Shown here piece by piece: positions 46,884 to 55,399 of a DNA stretch of 57,631 bases. Source of the DNA: Candidatus Kaiserbacteria bacterium. Its GTDB lineage: Bacteria > Patescibacteriota > Minisyncoccia > Phycocordibacterales > Phycocordibacteraceae. Location of the stretch: the NCBI GenBank assembly GCA_011322135.1, contig DRNP01000043.1:1-57631 (forward strand), read 5' to 3'. Position 1 is the stretch's first letter. Each line of letters opens with the position of its first letter. The translations under genes and the position numbers were made by a program. The notes beneath the pieces were generated by a model, which made no database searches, had not been told where the DNA came from, and saw only the letters and a list, made by a program, of their open reading frames with translations.

Positions 46884-47174
46884 ATGATGAATATTTTTGG
46901 TCCTATTTCCGGGTTTAGTTTTGCTTTAATATTTTTATTTATTACGCTGGTCATTGCAGTCATTGTTTTAAAATATTACGCACTCTGGTACAGTGCACGT
47001 GGTAACCAAAGAATGTGGTTTATAATTATGTTGGTTGTAAACACTATAGGCATCCTTGAAATAATTTATCTTATCTGGTTCCGTCCGAAAGATGATTCTG
47101 TTATTCAGGATACAGACAAAGACACCGCTACAAAAGCAATCACACCATCGCAAGACGATTCGCAACCGGAATAG
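46884..47174 (+). CDS. Small two-TM membrane protein (DUF5652-like)
   Basis: YALWYSARGNQRMWFIIMLVVNTIGILEIIYLIWF pattern. Confidence 0.5.
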   Translation: MMNIFGPISGFSFALIFLFITLVIAVIVLKYYALWYSARGNQRMWFIIMLVVNTIGILEIIYLIWFRPKDDSVIQDTDKDTATKAITPSQDDSQPE

Positions 47175-47220
47175 ATATACTATATAAATAAACCCACGGG
47201 CTTCGCCCGCGATTATTCAT

Positions 47221-47307
47221 GGAGGGATGGCAGAGAGGTCGAATGCGCCGGTCTTGAAAACCGGAGTCTCAAAAGGACCGTGGGTTCGAATCCCACTCCC
47301 TCCGCCA
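47221..47307 (+). tRNA. tRNA-Ser (TGA), CCA encoded
   Basis: ggaggga-tg-gcagagaggtcgaatgc-g-ccggt-ctTGAaa-accgg-agtctcaaaaggacc-gtgggttcgaatcccac-tccctcc-gcca. Confidence 0.9.
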
Positions 47308-47341
47308 ATTTGTACGAAATCCGAACAGTACCGCAGATTAA

Positions 47342-47363
47342 GGTTATCTTGTATAAGATAACC
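47342..47363. terminator. Hairpin between convergent tRNA-Ser and truB (weak terminator candidate)
   Basis: ggttatctt-gtat-aagataacc. No clear U-tract. Confidence 0.3.
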
Positions 47364-47434
47364 AAACAGTTATCAAAAGCATAACCTGTGTTGCACTTAT
47401 TATCTTATCTCAAGCACATAAAGAAAAATGGTAT

Positions 47435-48253
47435 TTATATCCCATAAAATCTACGACTCCACAGCTTCCCTATCCACGTGCGTTTAATTGAAAAAGCGAG
47501 TCCTTCTGTTCCCAAATCGTGCGCAATTACTTCAGAAAGCGACCGCATGTACGTTCCTGATGAGCACAAAACGCTCACGCGAACAATCACATATTTTTCT
47601 TTTTTATTATTCGCTAACACACGCATCCATGAATCAATAACATCTTTTCTGCGAAAATCTCGTCCGAGAGCTTTTGACTTTTCCGTTACTCTCGGCAACA
47701 TCGATATCTGTTTCAGTGCGCTTTGCACAATATCGCCGGTAGACATTGTACGTACAGAAATGAGCTTCGCACGATATATACGAGAATGCTGTAACGGTAT
47801 TTTTATTTCGTTTAATCTGCCTTCAAGCGCCCACTGAAAAAGATGCTTCCCATCGAAAGTTTTTGATGAATATGCAGGATACGGGAAATTGAATTCTCCG
47901 ACGCGCGCGCGAAGCGCGCGATTCACTTTTTCCGGAGTTATTTTCGGTGGTGGAAAAGAACTCACAATCCCCAAAATATCCCCCGTATCACTTGCCATGC
48001 CAAAAAGTATTTCTACTTCGTATTTTTTATCAAGACCTAAATACCGCTTCATTCTACGACACTCTTTTCCAACAACAACGAGCATTTTTCCACTTGCCAT
48101 CGGGTCAAGTCTTCCTGCATACGCAAGTTTTTTGTTGCGTAGCCACGGATACCTGTCTCGAAGTTTATTTAGTGCGATGAGTGGCGTCTCACCTGTAAGT
48201 TTCCATACGGTAAGTGTTTTTGGTTTTAATAACCACATTACAGCAGTATACAT
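47435..48253 (-). CDS. truB: tRNA pseudouridine(55) synthase TruB
   Basis: LAYAGRLDPMASGKMLVVVG catalytic Asp motif; SSGTYMRSL. Confidence 0.85.
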   Translation of the reverse strand: MYTAVMWLLKPKTLTVWKLTGETPLIALNKLRDRYPWLRNKKLAYAGRLDPMASGKMLVVVGKECRRMKRYLGLDKKYEVEILFGMASDTGDILGIVSSFPPPKITPEKVNRALRARVGEFNFPYPAYSSKTFDGKHLFQWALEGRLNEIKIPLQHSRIYRAKLISVRTMSTGDIVQSALKQISMLPRVTEKSKALGRDFRRKDVIDSWMRVLANNKKEKYVIVRVSVLCSSGTYMRSLSEVIAHDLGTEGLAFSIKRTWIGKLWSRRFYGI

Positions 48254-48257
48254 AAAC

Positions 48258-48298
48258 TACGATGTAATATCTTTCACACATTACTGCAAAAATAAAGC
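48258..48298. repeat. Island direct repeat, left copy
   Basis: See 57231-57273. One substitution plus a 2-nt indel between the copies. It starts 5 nt upstream of the truB start codon. Confidence 0.85.
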
Positions 48299-48300
48299 TC

Positions 48301-48323
48301 GGAAATCGTGACTGTCCCTATTT
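48301..48323 (+). repeat. 23-nt inverted repeat, left arm (contains the TCGTGACTGTCCC core)
   Basis: ggaaatcgtgactgtccctattt, a perfect reverse complement of 48988-49010. Confidence 0.9.
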
Positions 48324-48345
48324 ATTCAATATTCTTAGTTTTAAG

Positions 48346-48588
48346 TTATAGGTTTTTATATGTTTTTTCGTTGCGCAAACGTATTGAATCTATAATGAGT
48401 ACTTTCCCTTTTTCATAATGAAAAATAATTCTGAAATTTCCTTTTCTGAGTTTAAAGAAATCTGTATCTTTTACTTTCGTAATATTTAAACCTATTTTGT
48501 GTCCGTTTGTAAGCTGACTAATTATTTTAGATAAAAATAAACGGTCTTTAGCCGATATTTTTCTAAATAATTTCTCTTTTTTATCCAT
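48346..48588 (-). CDS. Type II toxin, RelE/ParE family
   Basis: 80 aa. FFKLRKGNFRIIFHYEKGKVLIIDSIRLRNEKTY pattern. Confidence 0.7.
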   Translation of the reverse strand: MDKKEKLFRKISAKDRLFLSKIISQLTNGHKIGLNITKVKDTDFFKLRKGNFRIIFHYEKGKVLIIDSIRLRNEKTYKNL

Positions 48589-48599
48589 ATACTATTTCT

Positions 48600-48851
48600 C
48601 TATCCGTCTATTTTCTTAAGAATTTTTTGTAGTTCGCTAGCCCTTAATCCTTTTCTACTGTTATCACGAATAGCGTCAAATACCGTATATTCATCTATAT
48701 CTTTTTTTGTATAAGAAACAGGGTTAATGATAATAGAATCACCTTTTGAATCAATGGAAATGTATTTAGTTTTCATCGCTCTACGCCACTCTATTGGAAG
48801 TGTTATTTGCCCTCTCTCTGTGACTTTTTGTATTTTTTGTATTGATTTCAT
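48600..48851 (-). CDS. AbrB/MazE/SpoVT-type antitoxin
   Basis: VTERGQITLPIEWRRAMKTKYISIDSKGDSIIINP swapped-hairpin motif. Upstream of the toxin. Confidence 0.7.
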   Translation of the reverse strand: MKSIQKIQKVTERGQITLPIEWRRAMKTKYISIDSKGDSIIINPVSYTKKDIDEYTVFDAIRDNSRKGLRASELQKILKKIDG

Positions 48852-48987
48852 CGTATTCTTATTATAAGAATTTCATATTTTCTGTCAACAAGTGTATTTA
48901 ATCACCTCGGGGTCGAATGAGATCAACGCCTGTTTATTACAGAAATTATCTTTTAAACTTCGCTGACTAAAGTGTCTACTTTTTGGA

Positions 48988-49010
48988 AAATAGGGACAGT
49001 CACGATTTCC
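48988..49010 (-). repeat. 23-nt inverted repeat, right arm
   Basis: aaatagggacagtcacgatttcc. Confidence 0.9.
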
Positions 49011-49092
49011 GTGGTCTGCCAACTCCCCGACGAGTAGTCTCGAACCCGTGACGATCGACCATTATGTCCACCTGGCGCGCTCTCCCATATAT

Positions 49093-49116
49093 AAAATCGT
49101 GACTTCCCACCATTTA
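49093..49116 (+). repeat. Degenerate copy of the motif plus island right-junction sequence
   Basis: aaaatcgtgacttcccaccattta resembles 57202-57233 (aaaatcgtagctgtcccacccttaccattta). Confidence 0.5.
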
Positions 49117-49136
49117 CTCGAATGCTTGGCGCACCT

Positions 49137-49583
49137 CTAAGCCGTATTCTTGGATGCCCGTGTGTTCGCACGATGCGCTTTGAAATATTTCCAAGCGATG
49201 AGTAGAAATGAGATGACGGTGACAATCTCAGCCATCTGGCGTGCGGCATCGTCACGGGTGTAGGGAAAGAGATCCATACCAAGCCCCTGAGATGAAGTGG
49301 TATTTGTCAGAGCAACAGAGATGAAGGCGAGCGGGAGTAGCCACACCGCGAGCTTGAGCCAGGATTTGAAGACTGCGCGCGAGACGAAGATAAGGACAAT
49401 GGCAAGCGGGAGGGAGTAGAGGGCGAAGAAGTATGAGGGTTGAGTGAAGTAGAAGTATATATGATCCATCCAGGAGCCATAGCAAGACGAGATTGTTTCT
49501 GTACACCAACGACTGAAGTAAAGAAATCCTATAGCTAATAGCGTGCCCAGCACTGGTATAAATTGGACGATTTTTGTTTTCAT
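49137..49583 (-). CDS. Four-TM membrane protein (hypothetical)
   Basis: CYGSW...FKSWLKLAVWLLPLAFISVALT. Distant paralog of 49669..50088. Confidence 0.55.
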   Translation of the reverse strand: MKTKIVQFIPVLGTLLAIGFLYFSRWCTETISSCYGSWMDHIYFYFTQPSYFFALYSLPLAIVLIFVSRAVFKSWLKLAVWLLPLAFISVALTNTTSSQGLGMDLFPYTRDDAARQMAEIVTVISFLLIAWKYFKAHRANTRASKNTA

Positions 49584-49668
49584 ATCAATCTGAATAATTA
49601 ATAATTAAATTCCCCTTCTTTGTTTTTATATATGGTATCACCAAACCAGGGAGTATTTGTCGTTTGCG

Positions 49669-50088
49669 CTATTTCTTCAACCAGTAAATGCGAATTGACT
49701 GGATTAGAATAATGAAAAAAGATATGAGGATGTAGAGTGCGTACAATCCAAGTATCACATAAAATTTGATCGGGGTGGAAATGAAACCCGCACCGGCGTC
49801 TGGAGTCAAAACCGAAATAATCAAAGAGACAGTTACCCAAGGAACAGAGACACGAATCCAACTTGAAAAAATCCTATTATCAAGAAACCAGACAATTCCT
49901 AAGAATACTAAAATTATCGGTGCCCAAAAAAAGTCCATTTCGAGATAAAATAATAAGCCGTAATATGGGTAACACCACTTTGACGCATAACAGACATTAT
50001 CGTATCCAAGTGTGAGGAACGCTACTAACAGTAATGTAAACACCGCACTCCATATCAGTACATTTTTTTTAGAGATGATACGATACAT
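49669..50088 (-). CDS. Four-TM membrane protein (hypothetical), paralog of 49137..49583
   Basis: CYASKW...FSSWIRVSVPWVTVSLIISVLT. Starts 8 nt after the orphan fragment stop. Confidence 0.55.
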   Translation of the reverse strand: MYRIISKKNVLIWSAVFTLLLVAFLTLGYDNVCYASKWCYPYYGLLFYLEMDFFWAPIILVFLGIVWFLDNRIFSSWIRVSVPWVTVSLIISVLTPDAGAGFISTPIKFYVILGLYALYILISFFIILIQSIRIYWLKK

Positions 50089-50096
50089 AGCTTTTA

Positions 50097-50405
50097 TATT
50101 TTAATTACTAATATTCCTTCCAATGTTTTCACACTCGGCACATACAAACCATTATACGTCTTTAAGTGCTCGCGATGGAAGCGTGGTTTTGTGAACAAGT
50201 TTATTCTGTGTTTGTATGCAGATGAAACGACATACGTTTTATTGAGGCGTGGAAAATATGTAGCGATAATATTGTTGGTCGGCGTTTTGATATCCGAGAC
50301 AAGGGTTGTGTAGTTGCCTTGTCTATTTGTATTCCAAAAGTAATGGAGCGTAGCGGTGGCGTTTGTTGTAGTGCCATTTGAATAACTGAGAGAACGTATT
50401 ATATT
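50097..50405 (-). pseudogene. Orphan 3'-terminal fragment of the giant lipase-like gene
   Basis: 50125-50396 aligns ungapped with 51135-51406 (offset 1010; about 14 mismatches in 272 nt by eye). The frame stays open (IRSLSYSNGTTTNATATLHYFWNT...VKTLEGILVIKI*) but there is no start codon. Confidence 0.65.
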
Positions 50406-50487
50406 TTGATTTAGATAAAATCAATAGAATCACATATTACTTAGCCAGCAACACTCTGTTATAAGCACATCCAAGAACTTGACTTAA

Positions 50488-51081
50488 TTAAAGCAGTCCA
50501 AAACTTGGTATAGTAACAAAGAAAATTGGCAAAAGTATTATCCCTGCACTACTTATCGCAAGAACAAGCATGGTAAATACAGTAGCCCAGCTCATTGAAT
50601 GTGCATATCGTATTTTTTTATAAGTTGCCACTACGAATTCAACAAGAAAGAAAAGGGACTGAGTAATCGCGAGAATTAAAAATGCAATAAGAATCCAGAG
50701 AAACGCTGCGCTCGATACAACATACAAAAACCCTTGCGGTATGATTTCGGGTGACATACCCCATAGAACGAACAGAGCTATAAATATTGCAAGAAAAACA
50801 CTAACAACAGCGCCTGCACGCGAGAAAACTTTGGAACCAAGTTTTGATGGCAATATAAAGTGTCGATAGAGCATCAATACAACATATCCGTTAACTAGAT
50901 AGGTCACCACAGCAAGAAAGGCGCTCCATACCAAAGATCCCCCTTCAGCCTGCGCTTGCGACTGCACATATTGATTAAAACTTAAAACAAAAATTGTCAG
51001 CAATATGCCACCAATAATTGATAGTAAAAGCAGTAGTCGTGAAAACTTCGTTGGTTTTTTGATTAAGTAAGAGACTGACAT
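50488..51081 (-). CDS. Multipass membrane protein (hypothetical)
   Basis: About 6 TM segments. Starts 22 nt after the giant gene stop. Confidence 0.6.
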   Translation of the reverse strand: MSVSYLIKKPTKFSRLLLLLSIIGGILLTIFVLSFNQYVQSQAQAEGGSLVWSAFLAVVTYLVNGYVVLMLYRHFILPSKLGSKVFSRAGAVVSVFLAIFIALFVLWGMSPEIIPQGFLYVVSSAAFLWILIAFLILAITQSLFFLVEFVVATYKKIRYAHSMSWATVFTMLVLAISSAGIILLPIFFVTIPSFGLL

Positions 51082-51103
51082 AATATGAGTTTAATTACTT
51101 GAA

Positions 51104-54100
51104 CTAATAATCTATCTGCACAAATCCCTTCTCCGTTTTCACACTCGGAACATACAATCCATTATACGTCTTTAAGTGCTCGCGACGGAAGTGTGGTTTT
51201 GTGAACAAGTTTATTCTGTGTTTGTGTGCAGATGAGATAACATACGTTTTATTAAGGCGTGGAAAATATGTAGCGACAATGTTTTTGGTCGGCGTTTTGA
51301 TATCCGAGACAAGGGTTGTGTAGTTACCTTGTCTGTTTGTATTCCAAAAGTAATGGAGCGTAGCGGTGGCGTTTGTTGTAGTGCCATTTGAATAACTGAG
51401 AGAACGCATTGTAAGTATTGCGAAACCCGGACCAAATGAATGGCGAACAAGTTTGCTGTGGTAATTTCTGTGATGACGTTTGCGGTCACGTCTATAATCG
51501 CGATCATGATTATTATCGTGGGGTATCTTTTTCGCGAATAAATTTGGAATATGTAAGTTGTTGAAACTCCTCTCTATAGATCGTCCGTCCTTATGCCACG
51601 AGTCATCTAATTTTAAAAATGGAAATATTTTATGATATTTGTGATGGCGACTAAAACTTGGATATTTAGCTGTGGCAATAGTGAGCCAATTGCCAGCCTG
51701 GTCGGTAATCGTGGTGGAGGTTGCGGTAGAAGTGACTGTTGTTGATGATGTCTCATCTATGCCTGTAATTTGTATGCTTTTGGTAGAAGTACTGAAACCA
51801 ATTATAGCTTCTGGCGGAATGATGTCAGGAATTACAATACTTCCCTGCTTTGCATTATATTGAGTGTACGTTACACCGTCGCCACTGTAATTAACTTTTA
51901 GAGTACTACTTGCGGTCGGGTCGGTCGCCGGGTTGATTGCCAGCGTAGCAATAGTTGATGTCGCTGAAGGAATAGCGGCGAAAGTGGTAGACGCAACGAC
52001 AGTGTTTCCATTTTGTTCTTTAATATCTAGTGCAAAGGAACCGCTACCGATACCACGCATCACCACCTTTCCTGTCATACTTTGAGGCACCGAGAGCCAT
52101 TGCACTTCACCGAAACGACGATAATCAACTCCTGGAATATTGAACTCTGTTGATGTTGCGGTAGCACCGGTATAATTACCGGAAGTATTTATGAAACCGA
52201 GTGTGAGTGGAGAATGAAGAATAAAATGAAGCCGTGCCATGTTACCTGTGTAAGCGGGAGTTGAAGTACTAATGTATTTTGGAAGTGATGCAGTGGTTGA
52301 TGCTGTGATAATGGATGATAGAAGTGTACGAAGTTCAGAGACGTTAAATATATTGTCATGATGAGTACCAAAAAGTGCATCTGCTTTTTTCGAGTATCTA
52401 AGCCACCCATTGTATTTATTTAGATTCACCCAATACCTAGTATCCTTTCCACCATCAGCCCATAGTGCGCTTGGTGTTACAACTGTTCCATCTCCATCCA
52501 TGACCATCCTTGGTATGTATGATATGTGCGTTGATAAATTACAGCCATTGGATAACCATACTTTTGACTCTTCTGCGAAAGCCAGACATTTAAAAAATGG
52601 CAACTTCTCGTAATGAATCCCAGCTACAGTCTCATTTCCCCATCCAGCTATCGTGTAAAGATGTACACTGGTGGGTGGCGTCCATTTATCCAATGAAGCA
52701 TGGGTTGCTTTTGCGGCATGTAGAAGATTTACATTTGCTATCTGTGGATCAATTAGATCGTCATATGCGGGCACGTTACGCGTGCCTGCAGAATCGGTCA
52801 TAAAATTATACAAACCCTGAGCCCAGTTGATATTGCTTCCATAAGCATTGCTCCATGTTGGCAAAGTTGATGAAGAAATTGTAACGACAGGAGTAGAAAC
52901 GAGTTGGTTGTCGCTGTTTTTGAAATTATCAGCGTAAGAAAAATATGATTGCGATGGTAGAAGGTCATAAGTCATCGGCATGTTTTGTGCCAAGTCACGA
53001 GCTTTCTTGTTAGAAAGAAGAGTCGGTATACCAGCACCATATCCGTTAAGAAGAACCCCTATTGCGTCTGGTGTTCCGAGTTGTGGCGTGGCAATGAGTA
53101 TGACGTTATCAATGAGCCGTGCCGTGGTTGTCGCTCCAAGTTTTTGCATAAGTGCTTTGGCAAGTAATCCTCCGTTGCTGTGAGCAATGATTGTAACTTT
53201 TCCGGTTGGTGAAGTTGAGGCGAGATGTTTTAAGGTCTCAATAATGTATGGGTCATGCCCGGGCTTTGGTGCCTCAATATAACTAATGTGCCCATCTGCG
53301 AGTTTCCTTCCCTTGGTAATAAGGGTGTTGTATCCAAGTCGCCAGTCATAGGGAGTTGACGTCGCAATAATGTGGTACTTGGACTGCCAGTTTTTCATTT
53401 CTTGCAATAAATCTTTGTATACCGTATGATGAATCGCTTTATACACCATATGTACAGTCACTTGGGAAATAACTTTTGAAACTGCAATATTCTGGTCAAT
53501 GCTCGTTCCATCTGAGTTTAGTTTTAGTGAATTAGCTACAGTATCACTTGCAGGAGTCCACACTTTTTGATGAATCGCTTCGTCGTATAATGTGCTTCCC
53601 TCAATGCCGGGGAGGAAGAGGACGTTGGAGACTTTGGGGACTTTTGGCAAGCTCGTATCTTTGACGACAATAGTTCCTGCAGTGCTACAGTAATAATCAC
53701 CAACCCACGTATTGCAATAACCATTTGCAACTATGGTGCCTGTAAATGTAGAAGTCGCACCTTCTGCGTATAGCGCGATGCGACCGCCACCGCCAGCTCC
53801 AGAGACAATAGCACTACCTCCCCCGCCACCGTTTGCGTTAAACACGCCATTTCCAACGAGTGTCTTGGTGTGCACGAGTATGCTTCCACCGCTCCCGGAG
53901 GTATCGCCTTCGACGGAAATCGTACCGTTGTTAGTGAGCGTATCTGCGATATTGAGTGCGATTGCGCCACCACCGGCTCTGTAGCCACCGCTCCCAAAGT
54001 CGGTCGGGTTGTCAGCACTGCCATACGTCGAGGTTGCGCTGTTTCTGTACCCGATGCCACCATAGCTTGCTCCTGCGTATTGGTCACCATGTGCTGTGCC

Positions 54101-55231
54101 AGGTCCTTCTCTCGCCGGATAGCCCTTTCCCGAGAGGTCGATTGTTGAGCCGTTTGAAACGGTGAGGTCGGTGAGCGAGAGATCAAGCCGATGCTCCGGA
54201 GCTGTAGTGAGTTTCGAGGATCCTGAGATGTCGAGATTGCGTATAGTCGTGTCGGTTGCGTCCGCAATGCTAAGTGTCGACTTGCCACCCAGCGTCACGT
54301 TGGTTGCATTGAGGTGAACGCTATCGCCCAGAGTCACGTTCGACGCATTTGATAACGTGAAATTGGTTGCGGAAATGGTTGCTCCCGGTTCACTCGTTAT
54401 CTGTTTGCCCGACAAAAGGATGTTTGTAAATGTCGTGGTTTTGTTTGATTGGAACTGCCATGCTTTCGGGAGCATGAGTGTGTTTCCGGAGGTGTTTATC
54501 ATTCCCACCGTTCCGTCTCCACCGCATATTTTTGACCCGGATGGAGTTGCGCATTGCCCGGCGGCAGTCACTGTTCCGGAAAAACTAGATGTGGCATACC
54601 GGAGAAGGATGCGACCGCCACCGCCCGGGAAGTGGTATGAGCCATCATCGAAAAGTGCTCCACCCATTGCGGAAAATACTCCGGTGCCTGTGAGCGTATG
54701 AGTAGTGACATAAATACTGCCACCGCTAGACGCTGAGTACCCATCGGCAGATATACGTCCGTCGTTTTGAATCATGCCTGCCACTATGAGTTGCATCGCA
54801 CCGCCACCGGAACCGTATCCACCACTCCCAAGGTCGATTGGATGTAGTGCTGAACCGTATGTTGAAGTGGCGGTATTACCGATACCCACGCCACCATAGC
54901 TTGCACCGCTTCTGTAGTTTGTTGGCGACGGAGCTCCGGGACCTTCTCCAGCCGGGTATCCTTGAGCGTCTGCAGAAATAGACGACCCTTTGTCGACCAC
55001 TATATTATTTGCATGAATGATGACTCCTTTAAATCCCTTGCGACTTGGATCGCCTTGGAGTGTGAGTGTAGAACTACTGGCAACCCTGAGTGTGTCAAAA
55101 AAATACTCGCCCGGAGCAAGTGTTGTGTTGTTTGTGATGACGGTACTTGTGGCGGCGGCGTGTGTTGCTGTGGGGAATGTAACGAAAACGCAGAGCGTTA
55201 GTAACGTGAGGATATATATGCGAGCGCGCAT
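51104..55231 (-). CDS. 1375-aa secreted protein: duplicated Gly-rich beta-helix module + LCAT-like alpha/beta-hydrolase (lipase/acyltransferase) + beta-sandwich region + His/Arg-rich C-terminus
   Basis: Signal peptide LTLLTLCVFVTFPTATHA. Two ~125-aa repeats (GYPAGEGPG..ASYGGVG..GSGGY..GGG..; res ~85-210 and ~366-490). VLFLPGIEGSTL, PYDWR, IIAHSNGG (Ser685 codon at 53177-53179), MDGDGTV, THHDNIF. Confidence 0.8.
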   Translation of the reverse strand: MRARIYILTLLTLCVFVTFPTATHAAATSTVITNNTTLAPGEYFFDTLRVASSSTLTLQGDPSRKGFKGVIIHANNIVVDKGSSISADAQGYPAGEGPGAPSPTNYRSGASYGGVGIGNTATSTYGSALHPIDLGSGGYGSGGGAMQLIVAGMIQNDGRISADGYSASSGGSIYVTTHTLTGTGVFSAMGGALFDDGSYHFPGGGGRILLRYATSSFSGTVTAAGQCATPSGSKICGGDGTVGMINTSGNTLMLPKAWQFQSNKTTTFTNILLSGKQITSEPGATISATNFTLSNASNVTLGDSVHLNATNVTLGGKSTLSIADATDTTIRNLDISGSSKLTTAPEHRLDLSLTDLTVSNGSTIDLSGKGYPAREGPGTAHGDQYAGASYGGIGYRNSATSTYGSADNPTDFGSGGYRAGGGAIALNIADTLTNNGTISVEGDTSGSGGSILVHTKTLVGNGVFNANGGGGGSAIVSGAGGGGRIALYAEGATSTFTGTIVANGYCNTWVGDYYCSTAGTIVVKDTSLPKVPKVSNVLFLPGIEGSTLYDEAIHQKVWTPASDTVANSLKLNSDGTSIDQNIAVSKVISQVTVHMVYKAIHHTVYKDLLQEMKNWQSKYHIIATSTPYDWRLGYNTLITKGRKLADGHISYIEAPKPGHDPYIIETLKHLASTSPTGKVTIIAHSNGGLLAKALMQKLGATTTARLIDNVILIATPQLGTPDAIGVLLNGYGAGIPTLLSNKKARDLAQNMPMTYDLLPSQSYFSYADNFKNSDNQLVSTPVVTISSSTLPTWSNAYGSNINWAQGLYNFMTDSAGTRNVPAYDDLIDPQIANVNLLHAAKATHASLDKWTPPTSVHLYTIAGWGNETVAGIHYEKLPFFKCLAFAEESKVWLSNGCNLSTHISYIPRMVMDGDGTVVTPSALWADGGKDTRYWVNLNKYNGWLRYSKKADALFGTHHDNIFNVSELRTLLSSIITASTTASLPKYISTSTPAYTGNMARLHFILHSPLTLGFINTSGNYTGATATSTEFNIPGVDYRRFGEVQWLSVPQSMTGKVVMRGIGSGSFALDIKEQNGNTVVASTTFAAIPSATSTIATLAINPATDPTASSTLKVNYSGDGVTYTQYNAKQGSIVIPDIIPPEAIIGFSTSTKSIQITGIDETSSTTVTSTATSTTITDQAGNWLTIATAKYPSFSRHHKYHKIFPFLKLDDSWHKDGRSIERSFNNLHIPNLFAKKIPHDNNHDRDYRRDRKRHHRNYHSKLVRHSFGPGFAILTMRSLSYSNGTTTNATATLHYFWNTNRQGNYTTLVSDIKTPTKNIVATYFPRLNKTYVISSAHKHRINLFTKPHFRREHLKTYNGLYVPSVKTEKGFVQIDY

Positions 55232-55318
55232 TGCTTTTACCCTACTCGGTATTGCGTGCGGGTGCGAATGATTGTGTGTGGATAACTGTTAGTTGCAAGC
55301 TGGCGAGAAAGAGTTCGT

Positions 55319-55339
55319 TGCGTCGACTTCGTCGACGCA
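55319..55339. repeat. Hairpin tgcgtcgac-ttc-gtcgacgca (short version of 57115-57157)
   Basis: Same gtcgac-ttc-gtcgac core as the 20-bp stem upstream of the 254-aa paralog. Confidence 0.7.
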
Positions 55340-55356
55340 CGTGTTTAGACTAAGAT

Positions 55357-55399
55357 ACCTCCTTCATCTTTTTCGCCACCTGCAAGATATTAAAATCGT
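55357..55399. repeat. 43-nt block identical to 57167-57209 (shared 5' region of the giant gene and of the paralog pair)
   Basis: acctccttcatctttttcgccacctgcaagatattaaaatcgt. Confidence 0.9.

Noticed and set aside
49013-49090. tRNA-like sequence (minus strand ...cacgggttcgagactac..., plus a gggagagcgcgccaggtgg 5'-half-like stretch).
   Set aside because: I could not fold a cloverleaf: the T-stem and acceptor stem do not pair and there is no anticodon arm. At most it is a decayed fragment.
53731-54288. 185-aa alternative-frame ORF and several plus-strand ORFs inside the giant gene.
   Set aside because: They are shadow frames of the Gly-rich repeat region. The 1375-aa frame carries the signal peptide and all recognisable motifs.
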